Assembly: GCA_965644295.1 (NCBI GenBank)
Contig: CBFFRP010000408.1
Coordinates: 186,001-250,000 of the forward strand
Reading direction: 5' to 3'
Origin: Paraphysomonas bandaiensis
Lineage: Eukaryota; Protista; Chrysophyceae
Length of the DNA: 64,000 bases
Part shown: positions 1 to 12,200 of the stretch, one piece after another
Layout of the letters: each line of letters opens with the position of its first letter
Position numbering within the stretch: position 1 is the first letter of the stretch
The notes under the pieces: model-generated
What the model was told of the DNA's origin: nothing
What the model saw: only the letters and a program-made list of their open reading frames with translations
Database searches by the model: none
Made by a program: the position numbers and the translations under genes

Positions 1-2933
1 GAGAATGGGGAGGATACTGGGTGTGAGTGTAAGCATCAAACCGCCTATCAGGAGAGTTCCCATACCCCTGTCCTTGTCCTCCCACCCAACCCTGGTGAGG
101 TCTGTGTCCACCCGTTCTGTGGTGGCCTCTACCTTCGCTCATGGGCTCTTGGGGATGCGATGCATAGTCGTGTGAGTAAGACGCAGATAAAGGCGGGCGC
201 TGGGCACTTCTCGATGTTCCGCGACGATGAGGTGAATTTCCATACGATGATCCCATTCGATGCGAGGGAATGGATTGCCCATGGTGATGAGGGGCCGACT
301 GGAAGCCAAACGACTGTAGATATCGACTTTCATCAATATCTGCGCGATTTAAAGCATGTCCAAAATCCGTGGGTCCACTTCCAATGCCACCTAATGACGA
401 GGCAAACAATGAGCTACCGTAACTCGACGCTGTACTGTTATATGACGAAGCAATCTTGTTCGACGAAGTCTGTTGGCCAGAAGCAGGCATCGGGATTGGC
501 ATCGATCCACTCTTGCTTTGTTCAGAGGGCGAGTCAAACGACTGCTGCTGATGATGAAAGAGAGAGCTGATCATGGACCCTGAGAATGAATAGGACTGAG
601 CCTGTTGCTGTTGTTGGGGCCCCATCTGATTCGAAGGAGATCCACCAAGGGAGGAGGAGTAGTATCCACCCGATACCCCCCTCTCCGTACCATGCTTCTG
701 TTGTTGCCATTGAAAGAAACTAGTCGGTTTCTGGTGCTCTGGGGGAGAGCCATATTGTGGACCAGAGTTTGGGTACCCTTGACCCCCTTGGGGATGCCGC
801 CGAGCTTGATGTGAGTAACTTGCGGGGTTGCTGTATCGACGAGGCCGTCCACTGTCTGACGCTGCTGCGCGAGGTCCATTACGTGAATCTTGCCGATGCA
901 TCTGGTGATGCTGTGGGACTGATGATGGAGTTGTTTCAGACCACATAGGCGTAGCATACGGTGGCCACACCTTGTCGTCGCCCGGCTGCTGAGTGACTAC
1001 ACCTACGTCTGATCCTGACACATTCCCAGATCCAGAGCCTCTCGTAGTTGGTGCCACATCACACCGCTGACCAAGATTCACTGGCTCAGATTCACGGCGA
1101 TCGCTCTTTTTCAAAAGGGAAAACTCACGAGTCTCCACTGTGGTACCGTATTTGGCGGAACACATTTGATACACAGAGTCTGGAAGTTTGCCGTGATACT
1201 GCCGAAGTCGTTCCTGAACGACCTTATCTGGCCTTGGGCTGTACGGCAAACACGCTATAACTCCGTCTTCACTACTACCTCCAATGCTTGAGTAATTAGT
1301 GATAAATGGGTGTTCCACAGCTTGCTTCGCCGTAAGTCGTTGCCAAGGGTCAAGCTTTAAGAGACCCTGAAGAAAATCTAAGAAGCACTTCCTCTTGTTG
1401 ATTTCTTCTCTCTTTTGCTGTTCTGTTAGCCTAGACTTTCTTGAAAGTGGGCACTTCAATATCACGTCACTCAAGACGTTATACTTCAAATAGCGCCGAA
1501 AGGTTGGGACCGTGGTATTGTTCTCCAGGGCGTACTCCTCGGCGGTTTTGAGGCGATAAGTGTGAGTTGGTCGGGTCGTTTGTGACTGACTACTATAGGG
1601 GTTCCATGCGCGGTCGGCTGGAACACTCGGACTGGTAGTAAAAAATTTAGTACCATTTTTACCGTTCTGTATGAGATAGTCTGGTATGGCCCCGAGCATG
1701 TCAACAATGCGAGTGAGCTGATTGTGCTGTGACACCCCTGGAAAAAGAGGAAGACCTAAAAACATCTCTGCACAGACACACCCAAGCGACCACATATCGA
1801 TTGCACCATTATAAGGAACACCTGCAAAGGTGGTTACCAGTATAGACTTTTGTGTATTAAATGGATCAGACAAACCAATTGACAAGTACACAGTACACAC
1901 TAAGTTATACACACCAAGTGCACACTAGTTTAGACAAAACAAAATTACCTAGCAACACCTCCGGTGAGCGATAAAACCTGCTCTGAATGTAAGAGTACAT
2001 CGTACGACCTTCAAAGCATGCCGATCCGAAGTCTATAACTTTCACGTCTGACCACAATCCGACTCCAGTGGAGATCTCCATCGATGGGCCCTGTTGGTCC
2101 TTCCCCTTTCCCATGTCATTCGTTTTGCCGTTAGAAACGTTGTCGGAGTCCTGTCTGCTATTGGTAATATCTGTAGATGTAGAGGATGCTTCTGTCTTAC
2201 TGTGGCTCCTCTGCTGCTTGTTCCTGTTGTACAGAAGGATGTTTTCAGGTTTCAAGTCACAGTGAATTATTTTCGAATCCTCAAGTACAACAAGCGCTGC
2301 TAATATTTGCCTAGCAAATTTCTGAACGGCATTGAGAGGTAGTCCGCGAAATTGATTCTGCGTTAAGATATCAAGTAGAGAGCTACCAAGAAGCTCGAAT
2401 ACTATGCACACGTGACCACAATATTCAAAAGAATCTAATATACGAACAATATGCTTCGAGTCATCTGGGTCGCCCTCTGTGTTTAGTTGTTTTGCGATCT
2501 TAACTTCTAATAATCCCTGGTTTCTATAAGCAGTTTTTCCTTTCACAACCTTGACAGCGACAATATCTCCAGTAGTACTCATCTGGCAACGGAAAACCTG
2601 TCCGAAAGTGCCAGTCCCTAACAGATCCAACACTGTATACGAACTAGTATCAGATTCAATTTTATCACGAACACGACATATCAAATTCCCTTCTACATTG
2701 TCATGGCTATTAGTCGCGCATGGTTCAGACGGTTGTGTCAATAAACGTGCCGGTAATTTCTCAACAACTTCAAAGTTCGGATTACAGTTTTTATAAGTGT
2801 CCGTTAAGCTGACTGTCGCCTTCATTAACACGCTGCCCTCGTTACGGATATTTTTCCCTTCAATCTCCTGAGTTTGATTGGATTCTTTGGGAGTAAAGCA
2901 TCCTAGTAATGGAGTGATCTCGATATTTTGCAT
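1..2933 (-). CDS. YAK1: YAK1/DYRK/HIPK-family (CMGC) protein kinase, runs off the window at its 3' end
   Basis: ORF 1905..2981 has LGTGTFGQV, VAVK, HCDLKPENILL, DFGSAC and YIQSRFYRSPE. After a GT-AG intron (~1822-1948) the frame continues GVPYNGAIDMWSLGCVCAEMFLGLPLFPG...LDPWQRLTAKQAVEHPFI, then a long S/Q/H-rich tail apparently open to base 1. First ATG at 2933. Confidence 0.88.
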
Positions 2934-3643
2934 GGTCACTTCAACTCTCTGCACTATACAACCATACAAAATATTCAACAATCAATTCAATTCTTAATGA
3001 TTCTCTCCTACGGAAAGTATCCGTGGAACAATGTAATGTATGAGCTGAGTCTTGTTGTATGTCTGATTAATTGAGCCAGCGGCTGTGTGTGTGTATGTAT
3101 GTGTGTGTAATTCATTGCCATCTTTTGCCGATACAACTCCACCCAAATACAGTGTAGCACAGCACAGCACAGCACAGTCACGTGTATATTCATCTTGTTC
3201 TGATATCACCAGCACCATACCCTATACGTACACATACAGCAGGAGTACAACATTGTACAGAGAATCTTCTTCGTATTTTATTTGCAGCGTAGTCCTCCCC
3301 ACATGTTCCTACCTCTGCTCTCTGCGAAAATACAATAGGGCGATTATACACGGGTGTAGTATCCGTATAGCATGTGTATGTCTGTACCAGTGTACAGCAG
3401 TGTACACGACTGTAGTATCCGTATAGCTGTGTACCTGTGTACCTGTCAACAGTGTGTAAAGATACTTTACTGCACTGCACTCACTGTACTCTGCTGCAGC
3501 ATATTGACGTTGACAACATGCGGATTCTCACTCCTTCTCATTAATTGTAATAACGAAGGCAAGTCCAAGATATTTTTAATTCAGCGTATTCTTATTCCTT
3601 TCCATTGTGTTATATTCAGTTACTCTTATCATACTTCTTAAAT

Positions 3644-3975
3644 ATGCCGAAGAAGGTGGACAGATCGAAAGGACCAGAAGCTACAAAGAATACGGGCTCT
3701 GTTAAGCTGAGTCAGACTACTCTGTACAGGAGAGGGGTGCAGTCATCAGAATTGAAAAAGGCTTCTGATATAAAGAAGCCAAAGGTCATTATGAAGAAGG
3801 ACAATGAGCCTCCGCTAAAGGAGGAAATACCGAAGTAGGAACTTTGTTGTGACGTTCTAATTGTGTGTTATGTATACATTTTTGTAGAGTTCTTGCGGTA
3901 TCCATATTTGTGGCTCTCATATTGTCCCTCTCGGCTCTAGGATACTATGGACTGCAACTGCTAATCGAGGATTGA
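3644..3975 (+). CDS. Small basic protein with C-terminal transmembrane helix (TRIQK-like), 92 aa, 2 exons
   Basis: Exons 3644-3834 and 3888-3975 (53-nt GT-AG intron) give MPKKVDRSKG...EEIPKVLAVSIFVALILSLSALGYYGLQLLIED*. Architecture (Lys-rich, then TM, then short acidic tail) recalls TRIQK. Confidence 0.7.
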
Positions 3976-4941
3976 TCAGATATTGTGCGGTAAATCATGG
4001 AATTTGTGCATCCCAGTTGAGCTGCTATGGGAGATATTGACACAACAAGCATTTTTATATTCTACGTACGCATAATATGCGTAGTTTTTGTAGTTTTTTT
4101 ACTTCGTTCTAAGTAGTCTTGAAGTGTTGTTGGGTATTCTGCCAGTGCCACCTTCCTTATTATATGGACATCAACGTGAGTAAATACAAATAATAATGAT
4201 AATGTTTATTAGTTATTACCGTAATTTAGAACAGTATCGGTGGGTATATATGGCCCCATATTTATGTTCTAGATTGATGTAAAGCGAATGTTCACAGCAT
4301 GTAGGAATACATGTTGTAGTGTAGAATGTAGAATGTAGAACTATCAAGGCTTCCATAAGATATGCTATATAAAATACTAAGTAGATAATGTAGTTGCGAT
4401 TAACAAACTGAATGTGGACTGATGTCCCGCTTTTCTGGCGGAACTATCCTCCCTGGCGGTCTCCTCGGAGAAATAAGAAACTAAATAGTACAGCATAACG
4501 CCATGCCTTTTATGAAATATTTATCATTCAAATTAGAACGTTGTATAGTAACAGAGGTAAATGTAGATTAATATTTTAACATAGTACCAGTGATATTATA
4601 GCTGGTTACCTACTGTCAAGGCTAGTTACAAGATCAGTTTATGGCTGATTCAAGTCTGTGAGAGCTTTAGTAGTTTAGCATATAAATATGGGTAGTATCT
4701 GTTGAATCCTGGGTGCAGTAAGTAATATATTCATGATTCGAGAATATATTCATGTAAAAATTGCACATATACATCGTAGGCAGAATATATTAAGTAGTTT
4801 ACGTGACTGGGCCAGAAAATCAACGTAAAATATTAGAAGTTGGACAGCATCTGTCAATAGCATACAGCGAATAAAGTGTGACACACTTCGAAAGATACAG
4901 TCGCATGAGGACTGCATATCTTCAGGTAGATATATTGGAAT

Positions 4942-5829
4942 CTATTTATCAGGCAGTACGTGTATTCCAGTCGCAAGATTGGCAAATATATTATCGTCAT
5001 CATAGCAAGGGAACGGGTCTAGATAAAGCCCACCATACTTCCCTTCGCTCGTAATCACGTCTTTAATACAATCGCCTAGTCTTCTATCTAATATTCGCTT
5101 CCCTCTTTCTTCTTCATCGACACCATTGCGCTCATAATACTGTCTCAGCAAATCACTACTAAATACGGTAATATATTTTTCCCCAGTTCTCAATATCCTA
5201 TCTGGGCCTCGGAACACAGAGTGTTCATGAACAAATGATATTTCTTTTTCTTTATTGTTGAAGTTAAATATCGTCGGCTTTAGATAACCACCTCCAGTAA
5301 CTCTTTGTAATGTCGCATGGAGTAGATAACACTTTAAGGCTCTGTCAACTTGCTCGGGTGTAGGGGAGACAACGTGTGTATCCTGGTTTACGGTTATGAA
5401 TATACCATCCACATACACGTCGCGATCATCATTCATTGCATCTCTGAAATTAGTAACCACATAATCTCCAGGAAAGGTCTGAGTAGATGATAACCGTTCC
5501 TTTGACGTAGAAGAAAGAAGCGACATACAGTAATTGTAATCTAAACTAGTATCATAACACATCATAGCGGCTGTTTTCCCACTAGTATTGGGATTCGGAG
5601 CAAGAATTAAACCTTTATCGTCGGCAGTAGTAATAAGCTGAGGGTGGGACAGAAGAGCTCGTACGGAATACTCCACCAGTGCGTTTCTGTCGGCTACATT
5701 GTCTTTATGGAGGCACTCCGTAAGCAGAGGGAGTACAATCGATAGCTGGGGATTTGCAAAGCTATTCGACTCCACAGAGAAATGGCGCCGTGAAACATAG
5801 CGTGATACTCTAGGAAACACTCGTATCAT
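4942..5829 (-). CDS. Hypothetical protein, 295 aa, probable mitochondrial presequence
   Basis: Single long ORF; Arg/Ser-rich, acid-free N-terminus MIRVFPRVSRYVSRRHFS; divergent from the next gene like other genes here. Confidence 0.75.
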   Translation of the reverse strand: MIRVFPRVSRYVSRRHFSVESNSFANPQLSIVLPLLTECLHKDNVADRNALVEYSVRALLSHPQLITTADDKGLILAPNPNTSGKTAAMMCYDTSLDYNYCMSLLSSTSKERLSSTQTFPGDYVVTNFRDAMNDDRDVYVDGIFITVNQDTHVVSPTPEQVDRALKCYLLHATLQRVTGGGYLKPTIFNFNNKEKEISFVHEHSVFRGPDRILRTGEKYITVFSSDLLRQYYERNGVDEEERGKRILDRRLGDCIKDVITSEGKYGGLYLDPFPCYDDDNIFANLATGIHVLPDK

Positions 5830-6060
5830 TATCGTAATGGCTTCTTTTCACCTCAATATGAGCATGAGCATGTTCGTGTTAATGTTCATGTATCTGCATG
5901 CTGTTCATTGCTGTGGCTTTAAATGCATACCATATACCGCACCGTATACCCATATACGGAGGTTGGGGTTGTATGGAATATGTACTGTATGTATATACGG
6001 AATACTGCGATTATACAGCATTGGACTGTTGAGAGTCTATGGACTGTACCCACATAATAC

Positions 6061-6168
6061 GTAGTACTCCTGTACCTACGTAATAGTACTCCTATACCTA
6101 CATAATAGTACTCCTGTACCTACAAGCACATAGTACTCCTGTACCTACATGCACATAGTACTGCTGTA
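6061..6168. repeat. Minisatellite of ~22-25 bp units (ATAGTACTCCTGTACCTAC core), ~5 copies
   Basis: Direct repeats of tagtactcct(g/a)tacctac visible in the divergent promoter; last copy partial. Confidence 0.9.
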
Positions 6169-6209
6169 CAAAGCAAGAGGAAGTCCATAGAGGGCCATCG
6201 TCCATATAC

Positions 6210-9200
6210 ATGAACGTGCACGAGTATGCCGCGTCTCGCTCCTTCCACCCGAACCTCCCACAACAAGCTCCCTCCTCACTTATTACTGTGTCCATTGCTC
6301 ACATGATCGCTAAAGGATGCGAGGTGTTTAAAGAGGGCGCGCTGGTAGCAGTCCAGACCCCCTCTAGTGCGAGTAGTTCCCTCTCATGCTCTGTGTGCTT
6401 GTGTTATATAGGGGGGTGGAGAGCACAGGTCAGTACGCTCCCTCTACTGCTATATCCCAGCCAATAAGTATATATCTGATAGGCTCATATACTCACTGAA
6501 GGGGCGACTGCACGAAACAGATGCAAACAGACAGCAGTGAAGAGCGGATTAGCGCACGCATGTGTTAATGAGTGCTGTCAAGAGGCGTTCTGCTCTCAAG
6601 CGTGTCTTATTAAGGGCATAAGAACTGGTCATCATTTAGAGTGTGGGATTGGAGTCATATGCACCAAAAATATTCTTGCTTGCTCGGAATGGAACAGTTC
6701 TGATGCGAATAACGCTACTGAGCAACCTGAAGTCGAGTGTTGTGGTGCTTCAGCAGCATCTGCGTTTCGAAAACACAGTATTCAGTATGACGAGACATAC
6801 CTTCTTGCTCGTAAGCTCATAATAACACTACTAGCCCCAGTCGTGTACAGCACAGAGTACGTTCCACACACTCAAAGTTGCTGCAGTGTTGACCATAGAA
6901 ATAATCTTTCCTCTTCGATACAAAGTATTTGCCATTTGGTTCACAGTGTTTTCAGTTTACCTGGCCAAAATATTTCATCTATAAATAATTGTACAGCTGA
7001 TGCGGACAATATTCATGATAGTTGGGTGTTGTTGATGACTGCCTTTACCCAAATGGATATATGCGTATCTTGTTTTGAGCCCCTGCTATCATATGATTTT
7101 TACAGTTGGATAATTAGATATGTAATTCCGGTACATATGAAGATGATGAGATGCGCAGAGTTGGAAAATGAAGAGGGAATTGAAGGGTGTGCCCGAATTC
7201 CTTCCACGGATGCATGTAGTCCATTGCATAGACGATTGCAGCAAGCATGCATTGCAGGTGTTTTCGAACTCCCTCTCAATACATTGGATGGAGATAGCAA
7301 AGATCTCGTCAGCTGCATTTCATCCTTGTTTCCACCTTTGTTTAAGAGTAGCTATAACGTTTCACTGTCCCTTCTGTCGCTGCTAGATCCTGGGACAGAT
7401 GTTTATGATGTGTTTGAGGCTGATAGACATAGTGTTGGGAGCGTTGTTGCTTCCAGCAAGGAGCGATTGGACGGAAGTATATCAGTCTGTATGACCCTAC
7501 TGTCCCAGTCGTCTGCATTTATTCCGCACTCTTGCATTCCATCTATTTCGTTCACCCACATTGTACCTGGCGCAGCACAGTCTGGAAGCGATTTGCTGCC
7601 GTCTGTCGTTGTCACCGCTACCGCTGAGGCTACAAGAGATATAAGTTGCATGTGCAATTGTCTCAATAATGTCGCCATTCACCATAGATGTGAATGTGGT
7701 GACAAGGGACTGAGTATATCTTACATTCCAGACCTGGATTGTTCAGATCACATCGTCAGACAGAGAGCACTTAAAACTCTCTTTAGTATAGTGGGGTCTG
7801 ATTTCCAATGTGTATGCATGCGTTGCGAAATTGAGAGCAAAGAGTTTTCGTATTATTGTATGGAGAAATACGACTCGGATGCGTTGCTCGCCTTAGCTTA
7901 CCTATATATGCAGTTGCAGCAATATGGATTGGCTCAGAAAGTTTTAAACTATGTCAGTCATGAGGTAAGTGACAAATTTATAAGAGCGAAAGCCTCGCAT
8001 GCGTTAGGAGCAGCACTCTTAGAGCAAGGTAAAGTCGTATTTATTAGCTCTCGATGCTTTTAAACTGTACATGTCGAATAGTTTTTTACGTTTCAAAATC
8101 TAACTATTATGTTAAGGTGATTGGCTGGCAGCGAGGAAGCTATGGCTTGATGCTTTACCCCTCGCATCTGCCTACCCACTACTTAACAATGAAATACAAA
8201 AACAGCAAGCGTACCCGGTATATACATCCAGTAATTTACAGGACTCCAGCACCAATACAGTGATGGAATTCGAAATTCTAAGTTGGAGTGGAGATCGTGA
8301 GACGTTGGTAATGAACTTGGGTGAATTTAGAGATATGTATGAGACTCTTGCAGTGTCACCTACACAGCAAGTGTACATTACAAATAAAGAGCACCCAATA
8401 TTGAATACTAAGGAGTGTAGCTACGTCGTATCCTTAGCTGAAGCGTACGCTGATCAGTCTGAATGGAGTACTAGCCGGCATTATGCTGTACCTACTACTG
8501 ATATTCCAGTTAACCGGGTACCAGAGTTATTGATCTGGTTCAACGATGTTATGAAGAGCCGCATTGTCCCTATGATAAGTATGCAATTGGTCGATGGTTA
8601 GTCCCAATTGCCCAAAAATATTCTCTTTGTATCTGATGTCTATAATGTGTTACAGATAGATTCACTTCCGTTGGGGCCTCTCTAAGTGTGTCTGTGCACG
8701 ATGCGTTTGTCGTAAAGTACGACGGAAGGATCGGACATGGTGACGTGCGTCAAATACTATTACCAATGCATAGAGACCAGGTGTTACGAGCACTATAAGC
8801 TGCAATTCATTCTAGCTAAGCATTTCTTTTGTCTACGCAGTCGGCGTTCTCGTTTGTGTTGGCTTTGAATGGACAAACTACTGATGCGTTGAAGCTAGCA
8901 GCAGGCAATGGATATAGTGGTGGGGGCACTTACTTCGCTACTTCGAAAAACGTATACTGTCCAGGTGAGTATTCTGCTGCTACCCAAAGCAGTCATGACA
9001 TTATTTTGAAATGTGAAGTATGTTAATTTCTTTGACTTACAAGTATTGACAAAACAGATGCCGGACACATGTTGTCGTTTGCTGGTGGCAATCTCCTACA
9101 CGGAGGTTCGCCCGTGACAAATGGTATTCGATATATACTGGCCGTGTTTTTAAACGTCTCGTCCTGTGAAAGTAGTAAAGATTGTACAACAACTAAAGAT

Positions 9201-9275
9201 ATTGGTCCGTCGCTAAAAAAATCGAAAATCGAATTTTCAGATAGTGCCCACCATACGTTTTCATTTGCATTTTAA
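6210..9275 (+). CDS. MYND-like zinc finger / degenerate SET + post-SET / TPR / 2OG-Fe(II) oxygenase (prolyl/lysyl hydroxylase-type) fusion, ~6 exons
   Basis: Spliced reading joins CSVC...CCQEAFCSQAC...HHLEC, FIPHSCIPS, LSISYI, FQCVCMRC, helical TPR-like segment, then WSTSRHYAVPTTDIPV, HDAFVVKY, LPMHRDQS (HxD), YSGGGTYF, LLHGGSPVTNGIRYILAVF. Confidence 0.8.
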
Positions 9276-9328
9276 ATAATTATCTGTGTATATTATAAAA
9301 ATATTTTTGGTGATTGTGGTGCCTTTAA

Positions 9329-10216
9329 GTCGAGGGAATACCACAACCTGGTAATGTGATTTCACCAGGTTTCATATCTAAGTATTGAATAATAAGGTAA
9401 AGAAAATGTCGCAATTATTGTTGTTATTAAAAGTGTTTATTGCGTTAAAAGTTGCCCCAGCTACTTGTGTTTTGTAATGTCATATTCTCTTATAGCTGCA
9501 TTTGCCTCTCTTGAGATTGCAAGTGCTCCAACCGAATAGCCTAATATTTGGATGTATATATTGTAACTTCGTGAAAGAAAGGGACGAAAAACAAGCAACA
9601 ATGGGAGATAGTGACAGAGCCTACAACAAAATGAGTGCGCTCTGAGATGCTCTCATCTGAGTGTGTTGTGACCGGAAAACGTCGATGTAGAAGTGGGGTA
9701 CCGTACAAAGAATAGCTTTATTCTTTTGACTTTTGAACATTTGTTTACTTGTCTAGATCGTGAAAGGAAAGATAGGTTGTTAGACTAGATAGATTATTAT
9801 TATCGCATAGGCAATTGTTCGTTATCATGTAAAACACACCAACAACATATTTTTTTACTTTTTTTTATCAGAGGTTTATCTTGAATCGTCATGATACTTC
9901 AGTTTCACAGTTATAGCTGCATAGTATGTTTGACTACGTATTACAGTTCAGTTCTCACATTGTAGTTAACGTATTCTACGGTTCCAACATACGTATTTCA
10001 AATTTCAAGACTGCTTATGAACTGTATAATAATATATATGATATATGTGTAGTCAGCGGCTTTTATTGATGTAAAACTGAAGCAATATATATCTAAGAAG
10101 GTAGTAAAAAATTCCTATGAATAACGTTCTTCACATTGTTATTAATATCTTCGTAGTTACTTTTTGTGCATTGTTATACCCCTTCCGACCATCATCAAAA
10201 ATTGCATTAGCTCGAC
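9329..10216 (+). mobile_element. Family A non-autonomous TIR DNA transposon copy, decayed and internally deleted
   Basis: Left end ttaa|GTCGAGGGAATACCACAACCTGG is the near reverse complement of CCAGGTTTTGGTATTACCTCGAC at ~53338-53360; degenerate right end attagctcgac at 10216. Segments ~9563-9720 and ~10020-10203 are clearly homologous to ~52970-53124 and ~53148-53316. Confidence 0.7.
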
Positions 10217-10550
10217 TTTTTATTAAAAGTATACTTCTGGTCCTAGTCGTTTTATCTTAATTTTATGGAATAAGTGCTCTCATGATGCTCAGTGGTGTTT
10301 CTAGCAGCTAGAACCAGATACGAGGTATCCCCCCTCGATTTTCGTATTTTAATGTACCAAGTGACACGCAGCCTTAGAGGAATTAGATAGTGATATAGCT
10401 CCGTTTTGACAATAGTGACATATTTTACAATGACTTATTACATGAAATCTCAGTACCACTACATTAACACATTAAATCATTTTCAATCGCTATGATATAT
10501 CGTACGCTTAATACTAATACTGCATACTACCGGAAATTTTTTATAAGGGA

Positions 10551-11600
10551 TCAGTCATCGATTTCTCTGTCCTTATTACTGACGTCTAGGATTCTTATGC
10601 AAGAGTCACCACCGCCAATAGCAACCTTCTCGTTGTCAGGAGAGAAGTCCACGCTGAATATTCCTCTTGTTAATCCTGTCACAGTTCCAACAACAGCATT
10701 GTCATTGATATGATCAAAAACCTTCGCCTCATTTGCTCCGCTTCCCCCCGCCATTATAAACCTGCCTTGCCCTTCTTTGGAGAACTGGGCGGCGTAGAGC
10801 ATACACGAGGGCCCGGAGGATAACTGCGATGAACTCCAAGGAACCTCTTCGATGCGCTTGCCCGAACCGAAATCCCACAGTTCTAGTTGATGCTGTGATC
10901 GCCAAGAACCAGACACAATCTCGTTGCGAAAGAGATCAAGTGAGTCCCCGCATATGTGTGGACCGTATATACTGCGTACCGCATGGCCTTCTCTAATATC
11001 CCATATTTGAATAGTGTTGTCCCATCCGCCAGATATAATAACGTTCTCATCCGGTGTATACTTTACAGAAAATATGCGGTTAGAATGGCCTGGTGTGGTC
11101 TTAACAGAGAAACCCACACCCCCTTGCATCGTTACAATGTTTGTTTTCGTTGCCTCGTCGTATACGCGAACAGCAGTGTCCTTTCCAGCTGTAGCAAACT
11201 TTGTCCCTTCATCATTATAATCTAAAGCATAGACTTGATTGTGATCATCTTCGAAAGAATGCAAACACTTTCCAGAAGTCATATGCCAGTGCTGCACAGA
11301 GCCGGCCGCATTTGCTGCTAAGAACACATTCTTCGTACGAGTAGAGGCCGTTACGGGCCGGAAACGAATAGCAGTTGTGGGCAGAGCCACATTCGAACCC
11401 CCCTCTAAATTATACGCAACCTTACCATTGGAGACATTGAATACACGTATGCCCCCATCGCCACACCCGGCTGCGAGGAACTTTCCATCAGGAGAAAACC
11501 GGACGCAAAATACTTCAGATGAATTGTCGCTTATAGTTATGCGAGGAATAAGTCGGAACTGTGTTGAGGAGACTGCTTTCTCATGTTTCTCTTCCCCCAT
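10551..11600 (-). CDS. WD40-repeat protein, ~349 aa, single exon
   Basis: Multiple WD repeats (VFCVRFSPDGKFLAAGCGDG, GHSNRIFSVKY..ISGGWDNTIQIWD, IFSVDFSPD). Probable start MGEEKH at 11600; the upstream ORF extension is promoter low-complexity sequence. Confidence 0.88.
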   Translation of the reverse strand: MGEEKHEKAVSSTQFRLIPRITISDNSSEVFCVRFSPDGKFLAAGCGDGGIRVFNVSNGKVAYNLEGGSNVALPTTAIRFRPVTASTRTKNVFLAANAAGSVQHWHMTSGKCLHSFEDDHNQVYALDYNDEGTKFATAGKDTAVRVYDEATKTNIVTMQGGVGFSVKTTPGHSNRIFSVKYTPDENVIISGGWDNTIQIWDIREGHAVRSIYGPHICGDSLDLFRNEIVSGSWRSQHQLELWDFGSGKRIEEVPWSSSQLSSGPSCMLYAAQFSKEGQGRFIMAGGSGANEAKVFDHINDNAVVGTVTGLTRGIFSVDFSPDNEKVAIGGGDSCIRILDVSNKDREIDD

Positions 11601-12200
11601 TCTATGAGTGTTGTGTGGTTGATTTATTGCTGTATGTATGTATGTATGTATGAGTTGGATGATACTGATACTTACATGGATAGATCCACCCGCACTCTCT
11701 GTGTACACCTCCATACAGCAACAGCAACATTGTAGTTCAAACTTGAAGATTGAACACCAGAGCAACCTGGACAGCAACACATATGTATGGAATACAGTCG
11801 ACACAAGGAGTATGTACAGTATAGAAAAAAAGGGAAAGTGTGTCTTGTTGACCAGCATTTTTTTGGAACTCTGACGATATGAAAAAAAGGCTCTCCTTGT
11901 TCTTCTGGATTGTGCCTGCCTGGTACTGGTGTAGGGGTGGTGTGTAGGGGTGGATGGTATGGTATGGAGTGGAGTGTGTATGTGGGGGGGAAGAGTGATT
12001 AATGGTGCAGTAAAAAACAAAAAAGGCAGAGACAAGAGACAGAAATTTGCTGGAACGGCGAGTAAATTAACTTGCGGAACACGCCGGGAGCCCATATGAA
12101 TATACACACCTCCTCACTATAAGTGCATATATAGCACTGACATAATACTATAAGGACTTCCTGTGTATAGAGTTCACACAAGATTCTATCATCAGTAGCA

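Noticed and set aside
1-1710. Short ORFs 139-1707 as separate genes or a retrotransposon
   Set aside because: They overlap the kinase exon 2, which is open on the minus strand to the window edge.
6061-6168. CRISPR-like array
   Set aside because: Units are nearly contiguous with 3-6 nt linkers, no unique spacers, eukaryotic context, no cas genes.
11601-12107. N-terminal extension of the WD40 ORF and similar ORFs in promoter regions (e.g. 3085-3426, 14642-15052, 19321-19696, 48182-48913)
   Set aside because: C/V/Y/H/T-rich translations of RY-alternating low-complexity promoter DNA or antisense shadows.
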